Shown here piece by piece: positions 25,193 through 34,093 of a stretch of DNA of 64,000 bases; position 1 is the stretch's first letter; every line of letters starts with the position of its first letter. This DNA comes from Oscillospiraceae bacterium (GTDB taxonomy: Bacteria; Bacillota; Clostridia; Oscillospirales; CAG-272), in NCBI GenBank assembly GCA_015063325.1, contig SVUK01000004.1, positions 148,665 through 212,664 on the forward strand, in the 5' to 3' direction. Both the position numbers and the translations under genes were made by a program. The notes beneath the pieces are model-generated. The model had not been told where the DNA came from. It worked only from the letters and a program-made list of their open reading frames with translations, and did not search any database.

Positions 25193-25399
25193 TTGAAACG
25201 ACAGGAATCAAAACATCAAAATCGGGTTGAAATCAATTTATTGACCCACAAAAAACAAGAATCACCACTATTTTTAGACGACGAAACTCTGGACGTAAGC
25301 GCGACCGTGTTTGCGAATATGATGTTGGACTTCGTTAGAGCCAACGGTATGGAAAAACTTACGCCGAGCAACGTTTTTAAGAAGGAGAAACAGGAATGA
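25193..25399 (+). CDS. small hypothetical protein translationally coupled to the recombinase (start uncertain)
   Basis: The ORF stop overlaps the recombinase ATG (ATGA). The TTG start at 25193 has poor RBS spacing, and an internal ATG (..MMLDFVRANG..) is possible. Confidence 0.4.
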   Translation: MKRQESKHQNRVEINLLTHKKQESPLFLDDETLDVSATVFANMMLDFVRANGMEKLTPSNVFKKEKQE

Positions 25400-26937
25400 A
25401 GAAAGCAGTTATTTACGCGAGATTCAGTTCGCACAGTCAGACCGAACAGTCTATCGAAGGACAATTACGCGAATGCTATGATTTTGCAAAGCGAAGCGAC
25501 ATTACGATCGTCGGAGAATACATAGACCGCGCGCTTACCGGCACGTCGGACAAGCGCCCGCAATTTCTTAAAATGATAGACGAGAGTAAGAAAAAGAATT
25601 TCGAGTACGTTTTAGTCTATCAATTAGACCGTTTCGCCCGAAACCGTTACGACAGCGCGAACTACAAAGCCAAGTTAAAGAAAAACGGCGTGAGAGTTTT
25701 GTCTGCAAAAGAAAACATAACTGACGACGCGAGCGGAATTCTCGTCGAAGGAATGCTTGAAAGTATGGCGGAGTATTACTCCGCCGAACTCTCGCAAAAA
25801 GTCAAGCGCGGCATCAAAGAAAGCCTTATCAAAGGCAATTTCATCGGCGGTTACGGTCTATTGGGCTACGATACCGTGGACAAGAAGTGGACGGTCAATC
25901 CATTGGAAGCGGCGGTCGTAAAAGATATTTTCACAAGATACCGAAGCGGAGAAAAAGCCAAAGATATCATCAACCGCTTGAACTCTTTGGGTATCAAAAC
26001 CAAATGCGGCAAAAAGTTTACGATGAGTCAATTTGCCCGCATTATCCGCAACGAAAAATATACAGGTATCGTGAGAACAGGCGAAACCGTCTATGCAAAC
26101 GTTATTCCGCCCATCGTGGACGAAAAACTATTCAGGGAGTGTAATATAATTATGGATTCGCATAAGCATAAACAAAGAAAGAACTATAACGAACAGCCGT
26201 ATATATTGAGCGGCAAACTCTTTTGCGGTTATTGTGATTCGGCAATCACCGCCGAAACTGGAACAAGCAAAACCGGCAAAGTTTACCATTATTACAAGTG
26301 CTACGGCAAGAAGATGAAAACAACCGATTGTAATAAAAAGCCCGTCAGTCAGGAGTTTATAGAATCGCTTGTATTTGAAGCGACGATAAAATACGTTCTT
26401 ACGCCGAAAACCATTGAAAAACTCGCAAAACTTGTCACCGAAAAGTTTAATTCGGAAATCGCCAAGCCTACCGCTTTACTTTCGCTTGAAAAGGAATTAA
26501 AGGAAATAAACAAATCTATAGACGGCATTATGGCGGCGATAGAAAACGGTATTTTTACAAAAACGACCAAAGACAGATTACTTAGATTAGAAGCCGAGCA
26601 ATCCGAACTCGAAGCCAAAATATCCGTGGAAGAGTCAAGAAGCGTAAAGCCGCTCGAAGTGAACGAAGTCAAGAAGTTTATGACTTACTTTGCCTATATG
26701 AAGTTTGAAAAAGGCGAAGAAAAAAACGAGTTCATAAACTCGTTCATAAACCGTGTGATTTTATACGACGACAAGGTTATTATCCTTTACAATTCCAACG
26801 ATAGAGAAGTCAAAAGGCTCACGAAAAAGCAATTAAGGGAAGCGGAAGCCGCCGAAAACTTGGAAGAAATAAAAGAAAACTCGCCTGAACCTTGTGAGTT
26901 CAAACGAGTTGCTCTTGGCGGAGAAGGAGAGATTTGA
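25396..26937 (+). CDS. large serine recombinase
   Basis: AVIYARFSSHSQTEQSIEGQ catalytic-Ser N-terminus, zinc ribbon CGYCDS..YYKCYGKK, coiled coil. Paralogous to 11332-12834. The last ~20 codons lie in the right direct repeat, and the last 22 nt overlap tRNA-Ser on the opposite strand. Confidence 0.9.
   Translation: MKKAVIYARFSSHSQTEQSIEGQLRECYDFAKRSDITIVGEYIDRALTGTSDKRPQFLKMIDESKKKNFEYVLVYQLDRFARNRYDSANYKAKLKKNGVRVLSAKENITDDASGILVEGMLESMAEYYSAELSQKVKRGIKESLIKGNFIGGYGLLGYDTVDKKWTVNPLEAAVVKDIFTRYRSGEKAKDIINRLNSLGIKTKCGKKFTMSQFARIIRNEKYTGIVRTGETVYANVIPPIVDEKLFRECNIIMDSHKHKQRKNYNEQPYILSGKLFCGYCDSAITAETGTSKTGKVYHYYKCYGKKMKTTDCNKKPVSQEFIESLVFEATIKYVLTPKTIEKLAKLVTEKFNSEIAKPTALLSLEKELKEINKSIDGIMAAIENGIFTKTTKDRLLRLEAEQSELEAKISVEESRSVKPLEVNEVKKFMTYFAYMKFEKGEEKNEFINSFINRVILYDDKVIILYNSNDREVKRLTKKQLREAEAAENLEEIKENSPEPCEFKRVALGGEGEI
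26876..26921. repeat. right direct repeat (attR) of island 2
   Basis: aaaactcgcctgaaccttgtgagttcaaacgagttgctcttggcgg. Includes the last 6 nt (CCGCCA) of tRNA-Ser and its terminator hairpin. Confidence 0.75.
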
Positions 26938-27006
26938 ACTCTCGCGCCGGTTGCCCGGCCTACACCCTTAGCAGGGGCGCCTCTTCGGCCTCTTGAGTAC
27001 TTCTCC
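26916..27006 (-). tRNA. tRNA-Ser (anticodon GCT), long variable arm, CCA encoded
   Basis: Minus strand reads GGAGAAGTACTCAAGAGGCCGAAGAGGCGCCCCTGCTAAGGGTGTAGGCCGGGCAACCGGCGCGAGAGTTCAAATCTCTCCTTCTCCGCCA. Acceptor GGAGAAG/CTTCTCC, anticodon loop CT-GCT-AA, T-arm GAGAG-TTCAAAT-CTCTC. Confidence 0.9.
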
Positions 27007-27054
27007 GTGTACTCATCCGCAAAATGCCGTTTGCAGTGTCTTGCGGACTTTTTT

Positions 27055-27083
27055 ATTATACCGTTCTTTTTTTGATTTGTCAA
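27055..27083 (-). promoter_or_regulatory. sigma-70-type promoter of tRNA-Ser
   Basis: Minus strand: TTGACA (27083-27078), 17-nt spacer, TATAAT (27060-27055). Confidence 0.6.
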
Positions 27084-27146
27084 GAGGTTTTTTATTTTTT
27101 TACCTTGCGGTTTTCTTTTTTCTTTTTGATTTTGTTTCTGCTTTGC

Positions 27147-27175
27147 TTGACAAGCTCTTGCTTTCATGCTACAAT
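27147..27175 (+). promoter_or_regulatory. sigma-70-type promoter of the ABC transporter gene
   Basis: TTGACA (27147-27152), 17-nt spacer, TACAAT (27170-27175). Confidence 0.55.
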
Positions 27176-27211
27176 AGAAATGTATTTTTATTCAGATAGA
27201 AAGGCTTTTCT

Positions 27212-28933
27212 ATGTTAAAACGGTTTATTCGCTATTATCGTCCGCATCGGCGCATCTTTTGGATGGATATGTTTGCCGCCTTGATGGTTGCCGGTATCGG
27301 CGTTTTGTATCCCATGGTTACGCGAACCATGCTGAATAACTATATTCCCAACAAGGAATATAAAATGATTGCCATTATGGGTATGATTCTGCTGGGGACC
27401 TATCTTGCCCGTATGGGCTGCAACTTTTTCATGCAGTATTACGGGCACGTTATGGGCGTTCGGATGCAAAAACAGATGCGCAATGATCTGTTCCATCATT
27501 TGGAAACCCTGCCATACAGTTTTTATGACAACAACGAAACCGGAAAACTGATGTCTCGCTTGACCAACGATTTGTTCGATGTGAGTGAGCTTGCACATCA
27601 CGGACCGGAAAATTTGATTATTTCCACCATTTCCATTGTCGTTTCATTCGTCTATCTTTGCACCATCAACTGGGTGCTGACGTTAATTATTTTCGCCTGC
27701 ACGCCTTTTTTGCTGACCATTTCGCTGCTTCTGCGGCGCAAGATGCGTTCGGCATTTAAACGCAGCCGCGAGTCGGTTGCCGAGATCAATGCGTCAACCG
27801 AGGGCAGTATTTCAGGCATTCGTGTGACCAAAGCTTTTAACAATGCCGAAAAGGAAGAGGAGAAGTTTGAGGCGAGCAACAAAAAATTTGTAGCCGCGCG
27901 TACCGACGCTTACCGTGCTATGGGGCAGTTCCATGCAGGCACAACGTTTATCACCGATATTTTCAACGTGGTTATTTTGGTTGCCGGCGGCTTTTTCCTT
28001 TACGGTGGCAAAATCGGACTTGGCGACTATTCTGCGTTCGTCGTTTCCATTCATTTGTTTATCACGCCTGTGATGACATTGATTAATTTTATGGAACAGT
28101 ATCAGGATGGCGTGACCGGATTCGAGCGGTTTGTTGAGATTATGGATACCCCATCCGAGGTCGATTCCGAGGGCGCGGTGGATATGGGACGCGCCGAAGG
28201 GAAAATTGAGTTCTGCAACGTCAGTTATGCCTATGACGGTGAGCACGACGTACTGGACGGAATCAATTTGAAGGTGGACGCCGGAAAGAAATTTGCGCTG
28301 GTCGGCGCTTCCGGAGGCGGAAAAACAACCATTTGCCATTTAATTCCGCATTTTTACGATGTGACGAACGGAGAGATCAAGATCGACGATCGGGAAATCC
28401 ATTCCATCACGCTCCATTCGCTTCGACAAAATATCGGTATCGTTCAGCAGGATGTGTATTTGTTCAATTCCACCATTCGGGAAAATATTCTTTACGGTCG
28501 GCTGGATGCTACCGATGAAGAGGTCTACGAGGCGGCAAAAAGAGCCAACATTCACGATTACATCCTCTCGCTTCCAAACGGCTACGAAACGAAGATCGGC
28601 GAGCGCGGCGTCAAACTTTCGGGCGGACAGAAACAGCGTCTTTCCATTGCTCGCGTATTTCTCAAAGATCCCCCCATTCTGATTTTGGACGAGGCAACCA
28701 GCGCACTGGATAATGCCACCGAAATTCAGATTCAAAAGGCTTTGGACGAGCTTTGCCGCGGCAGAACGACCATCGTGGTGGCGCATCGCCTTTCCACCGT
28801 TAAGAACGCCGATGAAATCGCCGTAATTGAGAAGGGAAAGATCACCGAGCAGGGAACGCACGAGGAGCTGGTTGCCAAGGGCGGCGTTTATGCAAACCTC
28901 TATCGGATGCAGTTCCGCGATTCGGATCTTTGA
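27212..28933 (+). CDS. ABC exporter, fused permease/ATP-binding protein
   Basis: Six-TM N-terminal half. Walker A LVGASGGGKTT, signature LSGGQKQRLSIAR, Walker B ILILDEATSALD. Confidence 0.9.
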   Translation: MLKRFIRYYRPHRRIFWMDMFAALMVAGIGVLYPMVTRTMLNNYIPNKEYKMIAIMGMILLGTYLARMGCNFFMQYYGHVMGVRMQKQMRNDLFHHLETLPYSFYDNNETGKLMSRLTNDLFDVSELAHHGPENLIISTISIVVSFVYLCTINWVLTLIIFACTPFLLTISLLLRRKMRSAFKRSRESVAEINASTEGSISGIRVTKAFNNAEKEEEKFEASNKKFVAARTDAYRAMGQFHAGTTFITDIFNVVILVAGGFFLYGGKIGLGDYSAFVVSIHLFITPVMTLINFMEQYQDGVTGFERFVEIMDTPSEVDSEGAVDMGRAEGKIEFCNVSYAYDGEHDVLDGINLKVDAGKKFALVGASGGGKTTICHLIPHFYDVTNGEIKIDDREIHSITLHSLRQNIGIVQQDVYLFNSTIRENILYGRLDATDEEVYEAAKRANIHDYILSLPNGYETKIGERGVKLSGGQKQRLSIARVFLKDPPILILDEATSALDNATEIQIQKALDELCRGRTTIVVAHRLSTVKNADEIAVIEKGKITEQGTHEELVAKGGVYANLYRMQFRDSDL

Positions 28934-29113
28934 TTTTTCAAGGCAGAATCCGAAGAAAAAGAATCTGTGTCGGATCGTCATTCTTTCGGTCGGATAAAAT
29001 CGAAAAAAATTTTCAAAAAAATCCGCAAAAGGTCTTTTCATTTTCCGAGTTATCATGTATAATAGAAAGTAGAAATTATCATGTTTCAATTTTTGGAAAG
29101 GAAGTAGATCAAA

Positions 29114-29665
29114 ATGAAGCAGAAGTTTAATATTACCGTTGCGGATATGCAGTTGAGCATCGTCAGCGATGCCAATCCCGAAGAGGTGGAAGCCATCGTC
29201 GGAATGCTGGATCGCAAAATGAGAGACATCAACCTGAAAAGTCCACGTTGCACCAAGAACGAAGCTGCAATTCTTTGCGCGCTTTCCTATTGCTCCGAGC
29301 GTTTGGCGGCGCAGGAAACCGCAAAAAAATTGGAGAAAGACTGCTTCCGTTTCGCAACCGAGAACGAACGCCTGAAAAAGCAGGTCGAGTCGCTGAAAAT
29401 CGAGCTTAACGGCGTCCGCGAGGATAACGCTGTTATGCGTTCGGTTTTAAGCCGTACGACGAATATTCCAACGCCGCAGGAAGCACCGGCAAAGAAACAA
29501 GCGGCACCGGCAACGTCTTCCGTTTCCGCCGAGCAGCTTTCGGTTGAGATTCCTGCCGCAGCAGAGAGCGGAACCCCGGTTGTGGAGGAATCCGAGGAGA
29601 AGAGTGAAAAAGGAAAGAGCCGCGTTGGCACCATGTTCGATCTTCTCACCTTCAGCGACGTCTGA
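29114..29665 (+). CDS. zapA: cell division protein ZapA-like
   Basis: N-terminal FNITVADMQLSIVSD..EEVEAIVGMLDRKM ZapA-type fold signature followed by a coiled coil and a low-complexity tail. Confidence 0.65.
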   Translation: MKQKFNITVADMQLSIVSDANPEEVEAIVGMLDRKMRDINLKSPRCTKNEAAILCALSYCSERLAAQETAKKLEKDCFRFATENERLKKQVESLKIELNGVREDNAVMRSVLSRTTNIPTPQEAPAKKQAAPATSSVSAEQLSVEIPAAAESGTPVVEESEEKSEKGKSRVGTMFDLLTFSDV

Positions 29666-29672
29666 TTTTTAC

Positions 29673-31685
29673 ATGAACAGTCAAAAAAGCAAAAAGCCGG
29701 AGCTTCTGTGCCCGGCAGGCTCTGCTTTGGCGCTGGACGCGGCGATTGAGGGAGGGGCAAATGCGGTCTATCTCGGCGGAACCGCCATGAACGCGCGGAT
29801 CCATGCCGGAAACTTCACGCCCGAAGCGCTTCGGGAAGCCGTTAAAAAGGCGCACGCCTATGGCGTTAAAATATATTTGACTCTGAACACGCTGGTAACC
29901 GATTATGAGTTGCCAGCGTTTTTGGAAGCCGCATGGGACGCGGCGCAGTCCGGCGTAGACGCCCTGATTGTTGCCGATGCCGGCGGAGCGATGGCGATCC
30001 GGCGCGCCATTCCCGATTTGGAGCTGCACGCAAGCACGCAAATGTCGGGGCATAACAGCGAAATGGCAAAAGTATTGCAATCGTTCGGCTTTTCGCGCAT
30101 GGTGGCGGCAAGGGAGATCAGCGAGGGAAATCTGAAACTTCTTTTGCAGAATTCTCCCATCGAAACCGAATTGTTCGTGCATGGCGCGCTTTGCGTCTGC
30201 CATTCGGGGCAATGCCTGTTTTCTTCCATGGTCGGGGGCAGGAGCGGCAACCGCGGCGAGTGCGCACAGCCATGCCGTTTGCCGTATGGAAAAGCCGGAG
30301 ATTATCCGCTCTCGCTCAAAGATCTTTCGCTTGTAAAGCATATTCCGAAACTGATTTCTCTCGGCGTTTCCTCGCTCAAAATTGAGGGGCGTATGAAATC
30401 TCCAGAATATGTAAGGGATGTGACTACTGTTTTTCGTCGTCTTTTGGATGAAGAACGCGGTGCAAACGAAAAAGAAATGCAAATTTTGACCGACGCCTTC
30501 TCGCGCGATGGATTCACCGACGCATATTTCACCGAAAAAATCAATTCGTCCATGCTCGGCGTTCGCCGGGAAGCGGATAAAGAGAACACGCGCCGGGTTT
30601 CTTCTTTTGCAGGACTTGCGAAAAAGGTCGAAATTGAGCTGTTTGCAAGCATTCGGCAAAACGAACCGGCAATGCTGACGCTCAAAAAGGGAGATTTGCC
30701 CGTTACCGTTTCGGGCGAGATCCCTCAAACGGCGAAAACCGCGCCGCTTTCTAAAGCCGACGTGGAGCGCAGCCTTTCCCGTATGGGAGCAACCCCCTAT
30801 CGGATCGAGAAAGCGGAGATCGAATTGGACGATGGATTGATCATGCCTGTTTCACAGCTCAACAATTTGCGCCGCCGTGCCGTAGAGGCTTTGGATGAGG
30901 CGCAAATGCCGAAAAAGCGAGAGCGGTTCCCGATTGCATGGAGTGCCGAACGGAGAGAACCAACCGCACGAAGAACGGCAAGGTTCTATCGCCCCGAGCA
31001 GATCACCGCGCGCGCTCAAGCCTATTTTGAGCGCATTTTTCTGCCGTTGGATTCCTATTCGCCGCTTGCAAACGGCGTTGTCCTTCCGGCAGTGATCTTT
31101 GACCGCGATTTTCCAATCATTCGGCAAAAACTGCGCTCTGTCAAAGAGCAGGGCGCAAAATGGGCGCTGACGGGCAATCTCGGGCATCTTTCGCTTGTGC
31201 GTGAAGTGGGACTGATTCCGGTCGGCGACTACCGACTGAACATCACCAATCGCGAAAGCGCCGCATTTTATCGCTCAATAGGGCTGGAAGAGCCGATTCT
31301 TTCGCCGGAGTTGACTCTGCCGCAACTGCGCGATATCGGCGGTGAAAGCCAAACGATTGTTTACGGGCGAATCCCCTTGATGACTTTGGAAAAGTGTATT
31401 TCCAAAGAGAAGGGCGGTTGCCGTCTTTGCGAAACCGGAAAACAAACGCTGACCGACCGCAAGGGAATCGTGTTTCCGGTTTTGCGTGAGTGGGAACATC
31501 GCAATATCATTTATAACAGTTTGCCAACTGCCATGTCCGATCGGTTGGATCAGTTAATCAAGTATCGGATTTTCTCGTGGCATTTCATTTTCTCGGTGGA
31601 AACGCCGGATGAGATTGACGCGGTAATCAACGCCTATCAAAAGGGGATTCCGATCGGAAAACAGATCCGCCGAATCGGTTCATAA
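29673..31685 (+). CDS. U32-family peptidase-like protein (long form with C-terminal extension)
   Basis: PELLCPAGS..AIEGGANAVYLGG..YGVKIYLTLNTL and E..CxxxCR (GECAQPCRLPY) are typical of U32. Start at ATG 29673 (MNSQKSKKPELL) rather than track start 29544, which overlaps zapA. Confidence 0.8.
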   Translation: MNSQKSKKPELLCPAGSALALDAAIEGGANAVYLGGTAMNARIHAGNFTPEALREAVKKAHAYGVKIYLTLNTLVTDYELPAFLEAAWDAAQSGVDALIVADAGGAMAIRRAIPDLELHASTQMSGHNSEMAKVLQSFGFSRMVAAREISEGNLKLLLQNSPIETELFVHGALCVCHSGQCLFSSMVGGRSGNRGECAQPCRLPYGKAGDYPLSLKDLSLVKHIPKLISLGVSSLKIEGRMKSPEYVRDVTTVFRRLLDEERGANEKEMQILTDAFSRDGFTDAYFTEKINSSMLGVRREADKENTRRVSSFAGLAKKVEIELFASIRQNEPAMLTLKKGDLPVTVSGEIPQTAKTAPLSKADVERSLSRMGATPYRIEKAEIELDDGLIMPVSQLNNLRRRAVEALDEAQMPKKRERFPIAWSAERREPTARRTARFYRPEQITARAQAYFERIFLPLDSYSPLANGVVLPAVIFDRDFPIIRQKLRSVKEQGAKWALTGNLGHLSLVREVGLIPVGDYRLNITNRESAAFYRSIGLEEPILSPELTLPQLRDIGGESQTIVYGRIPLMTLEKCISKEKGGCRLCETGKQTLTDRKGIVFPVLREWEHRNIIYNSLPTAMSDRLDQLIKYRIFSWHFIFSVETPDEIDAVINAYQKGIPIGKQIRRIGS

Positions 31686-31759
31686 TCAATTTTAAATTTA
31701 GGTTCTGATCAAGTAAGATAATAAAAGTAAGATAAGTAAGTAAGAAAGGAGAAAACGCC

Positions 31760-33286
31760 GTGTTACGCGCTTTGTGGAACAAAATCAAGGAATCGGCAAT
31801 GTCGGTCATTCCGCTGACTTTGATCGTTCTTTTGCTCGGATTTACGCCGTTGGTCTCCTTTACACTGCAGGAAAGCGTGGCGTTTCTCATTGCCGCCGCA
31901 GCGTTGATTCTTGGAATGGCGCTCTTCAGCCTGGGAGCCGATATGGCAATGACGCCGATGGGTGAACAGGTCGGTTCGGGACTTTCCAAATCTCAAAATC
32001 TGTGGTTGTTGCTTTTTGCCTGCCTTTTGCTTGGCGCGTTTGTTACCATTGCCGAGCCGGACGTTTCAGTTTTGGCGGCGCAGATTTCAGGTATGATTGA
32101 CAATCGGGTACTGATTTTTGCCGTGGGTGGAGGCGTTGGCATCTTCCTGGTACTTGCCGTATTGCGAATTGTCGTCAAAATTCGCCTGTCCATGGTATTG
32201 CTCTATTTTTATCTTGTTTTGTTTGCGCTGGCGGCGTTGGTCGTGATCAACGGAGGGGCGGATTTTTTAACGGTTGCGTTTGATGCCGGGGGCGTTACCA
32301 CCGGACCAATCACCGTTCCGTTTATCATGGCGCTCGGCGTTGGCGTTGCCGTAACGTTGGGGGGCAAGAACGCCGATGAGAATAGTTTCGGTCTTGTTGC
32401 ACTTTGTTCGATTGGACCCATTCTTGCGGTGCTGATTTTGGGATTGGCGGCAAAGGGAACTCCGGTCTATACGCCGGCGGATTACAGCTTGGAATCACAT
32501 CTCGGAACGGAATTTGGAAAAACGATTTTGCGTGTTGCCCGGGAAGTTGGAATTTCGTTGGGCATGATCGTGCTTTTCTTCCTGATTTTGCAAATTGTTT
32601 TTTTGCGTCTTCCGCGCCGCAAACTTTACCAAATGGCGATTGGGATTGGATATACGTTTGCAGGACTGGTGATTTTTCTTTCGGCGGCAACTATCGGATT
32701 CATGCCTATCGGTTATCAGATTGGTGCTCAACTGGCGGCAAACAATTCCAAACTGCTTCCGATTTTCGGCTTTTTGCTTGGTTTGGTGGTCGTGTTTGCC
32801 GAGCCGGCAATCCATGTGCTTAACCGGCAGGTCGAGGGGATTACCAATGGCGGCGTCGGAAAGAGATCAATGCTGGTGGCACTTTCTATCGGCGTTGGAA
32901 TTTCTATCGGGCTTTCCATGCTGCGGATTTTGCTGGGCTTTAACATTTTGTACTATCTTGTTCCCGGATTTCTGATTTCTTTAGGACTATCCTTTTTTGT
33001 TCCGCGGCTGTATACGGCGATTGCGTTTGATTCGGGCGGCGTTGCCAGCGGCCCTTTGACATCCACATTTATTTTGCCGTTTGCAATCGGAGCCGGCGTT
33101 GCGCTGAATGGGGTTGAAAACGTGATGAGCGATGCGTTCGGCATTGTTGCCATGGTTGCAATGACGCCGCTGATTACTATTCAGGTGCTTGGTTTCCGTG
33201 CGATCATTGCCAAACGGATGCGTGAAAAGAGAGCGATGAAGAAAATTTTGGCGGCGGATGACGAACAGATCATCAACTTTATGTAA
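31760..33286 (+). CDS. DUF1538-family polytopic membrane protein (two repeated halves)
   Basis: About 12 predicted TM helices. Internal duplication (FDAGGVTTGPITVPFIMALGVG and FDSGGVASGPLTSTFILPFAIG). GTG start with AAAGGAG RBS. Confidence 0.75.
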   Translation: MLRALWNKIKESAMSVIPLTLIVLLLGFTPLVSFTLQESVAFLIAAAALILGMALFSLGADMAMTPMGEQVGSGLSKSQNLWLLLFACLLLGAFVTIAEPDVSVLAAQISGMIDNRVLIFAVGGGVGIFLVLAVLRIVVKIRLSMVLLYFYLVLFALAALVVINGGADFLTVAFDAGGVTTGPITVPFIMALGVGVAVTLGGKNADENSFGLVALCSIGPILAVLILGLAAKGTPVYTPADYSLESHLGTEFGKTILRVAREVGISLGMIVLFFLILQIVFLRLPRRKLYQMAIGIGYTFAGLVIFLSAATIGFMPIGYQIGAQLAANNSKLLPIFGFLLGLVVVFAEPAIHVLNRQVEGITNGGVGKRSMLVALSIGVGISIGLSMLRILLGFNILYYLVPGFLISLGLSFFVPRLYTAIAFDSGGVASGPLTSTFILPFAIGAGVALNGVENVMSDAFGIVAMVAMTPLITIQVLGFRAIIAKRMREKRAMKKILAADDEQIINFM

Positions 33287-33306
33287 AAAAAGGGGGGGAT
33301 GCGACG

Positions 33307-33735
33307 ATGGCACAGATACCGATTTTACAGGGAAGACAGGCAAACCGCGGCGGCGCGCCGCAAGTCTCGGCTGTCAAAAAATTGAAGTTGCTTGTCACGA
33401 TCGTCAATAAAAACAAAGCAGAGTTTTACATCGATTATTTGCAATCGTTCGGCGTCAATTTACAGCTGTTAATGCATGCGCACGGTACGGCAGGGTCGGA
33501 AATGCTCCATTACATGGGGTTGGAAGAATCCGAAAAAACCATTTTACTCAGTCTGGTGCGCGAAGATTTTGCTCCGCAGGCGCTTGCCGGACTGGATGAA
33601 AAATTTCGCCTTCTTCGTGGGGGCAAAGGAATCGCTTATACCGTTCCGCTCACCGGTGTGATTGGTGCGGCGATCTATCAGTTCCTATCCAATCAAACGG
33701 GAACCGAAAAGGAGAATTTTGCCAATGAAATTTGA
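33307..33735 (+). CDS. P-II-like (GlnB-fold) protein, first of two
   Basis: KLKLLVTIVNKNKAEFYIDYLQSFGVN..GTAGS..KTILLSLV beta-alpha-beta pattern. Immediately follows the DUF1538 gene. Confidence 0.55.
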   Translation: MAQIPILQGRQANRGGAPQVSAVKKLKLLVTIVNKNKAEFYIDYLQSFGVNLQLLMHAHGTAGSEMLHYMGLEESEKTILLSLVREDFAPQALAGLDEKFRLLRGGKGIAYTVPLTGVIGAAIYQFLSNQTGTEKENFANEI

Positions 33736-34048
33736 ATATGAAATGATCCTCTGTATTGTTAATGCCGGATTCAGCGAAGCGGTCATGGATGCGGCAAAAG
33801 AAATCGGCGCCCGGGGAGGAACCGTGATTTCGGCAAGAGGAACCGCCGCAAAAGAGGCGGAACGCACCTTTCAAATCACCATTCAACCCGAAAAGGAGAT
33901 CGTGTTGATCTTGGTGCCGTCTAAGCTCCGCGATAATATTCTCCATGCCATTTACCAAAACGTCGGATTAAATACACCGGGGCAGGGCATTGCGTTTGCG
34001 CTCCCGGTAGATAGTGCCGTCGGATTGGTGCAGGATCAGAAGGGATGA
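33725..34048 (+). CDS. P-II-like (GlnB-fold) protein, second of two
   Basis: EMILCIVNAGFSEAVMDAAKEIGARGGTVISARG..KEIVLILV. ATG 33725 overlaps the upstream stop by 11 nt. Confidence 0.6.
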   Translation: MKFEYEMILCIVNAGFSEAVMDAAKEIGARGGTVISARGTAAKEAERTFQITIQPEKEIVLILVPSKLRDNILHAIYQNVGLNTPGQGIAFALPVDSAVGLVQDQKG

Positions 34049-34093
34049 TAAAAAACGCGCCTTTCCTTGCGAAAGGCGCGTTTTAAATTTCAA

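Larger units (their letters stand above)
15581..26921. mobile_element. Island 2: ~11.3-kb serine-recombinase mobilisable defence island inserted 3' of tRNA-Ser(GCT)
   Basis: Bounded by 46-bp imperfect direct repeats. Joining the outer flanks restores tRNA-Ser plus its terminator. Carries the recombinase, a Mob/Pre homologue and an AT-rich defence operon. Confidence 0.75.
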
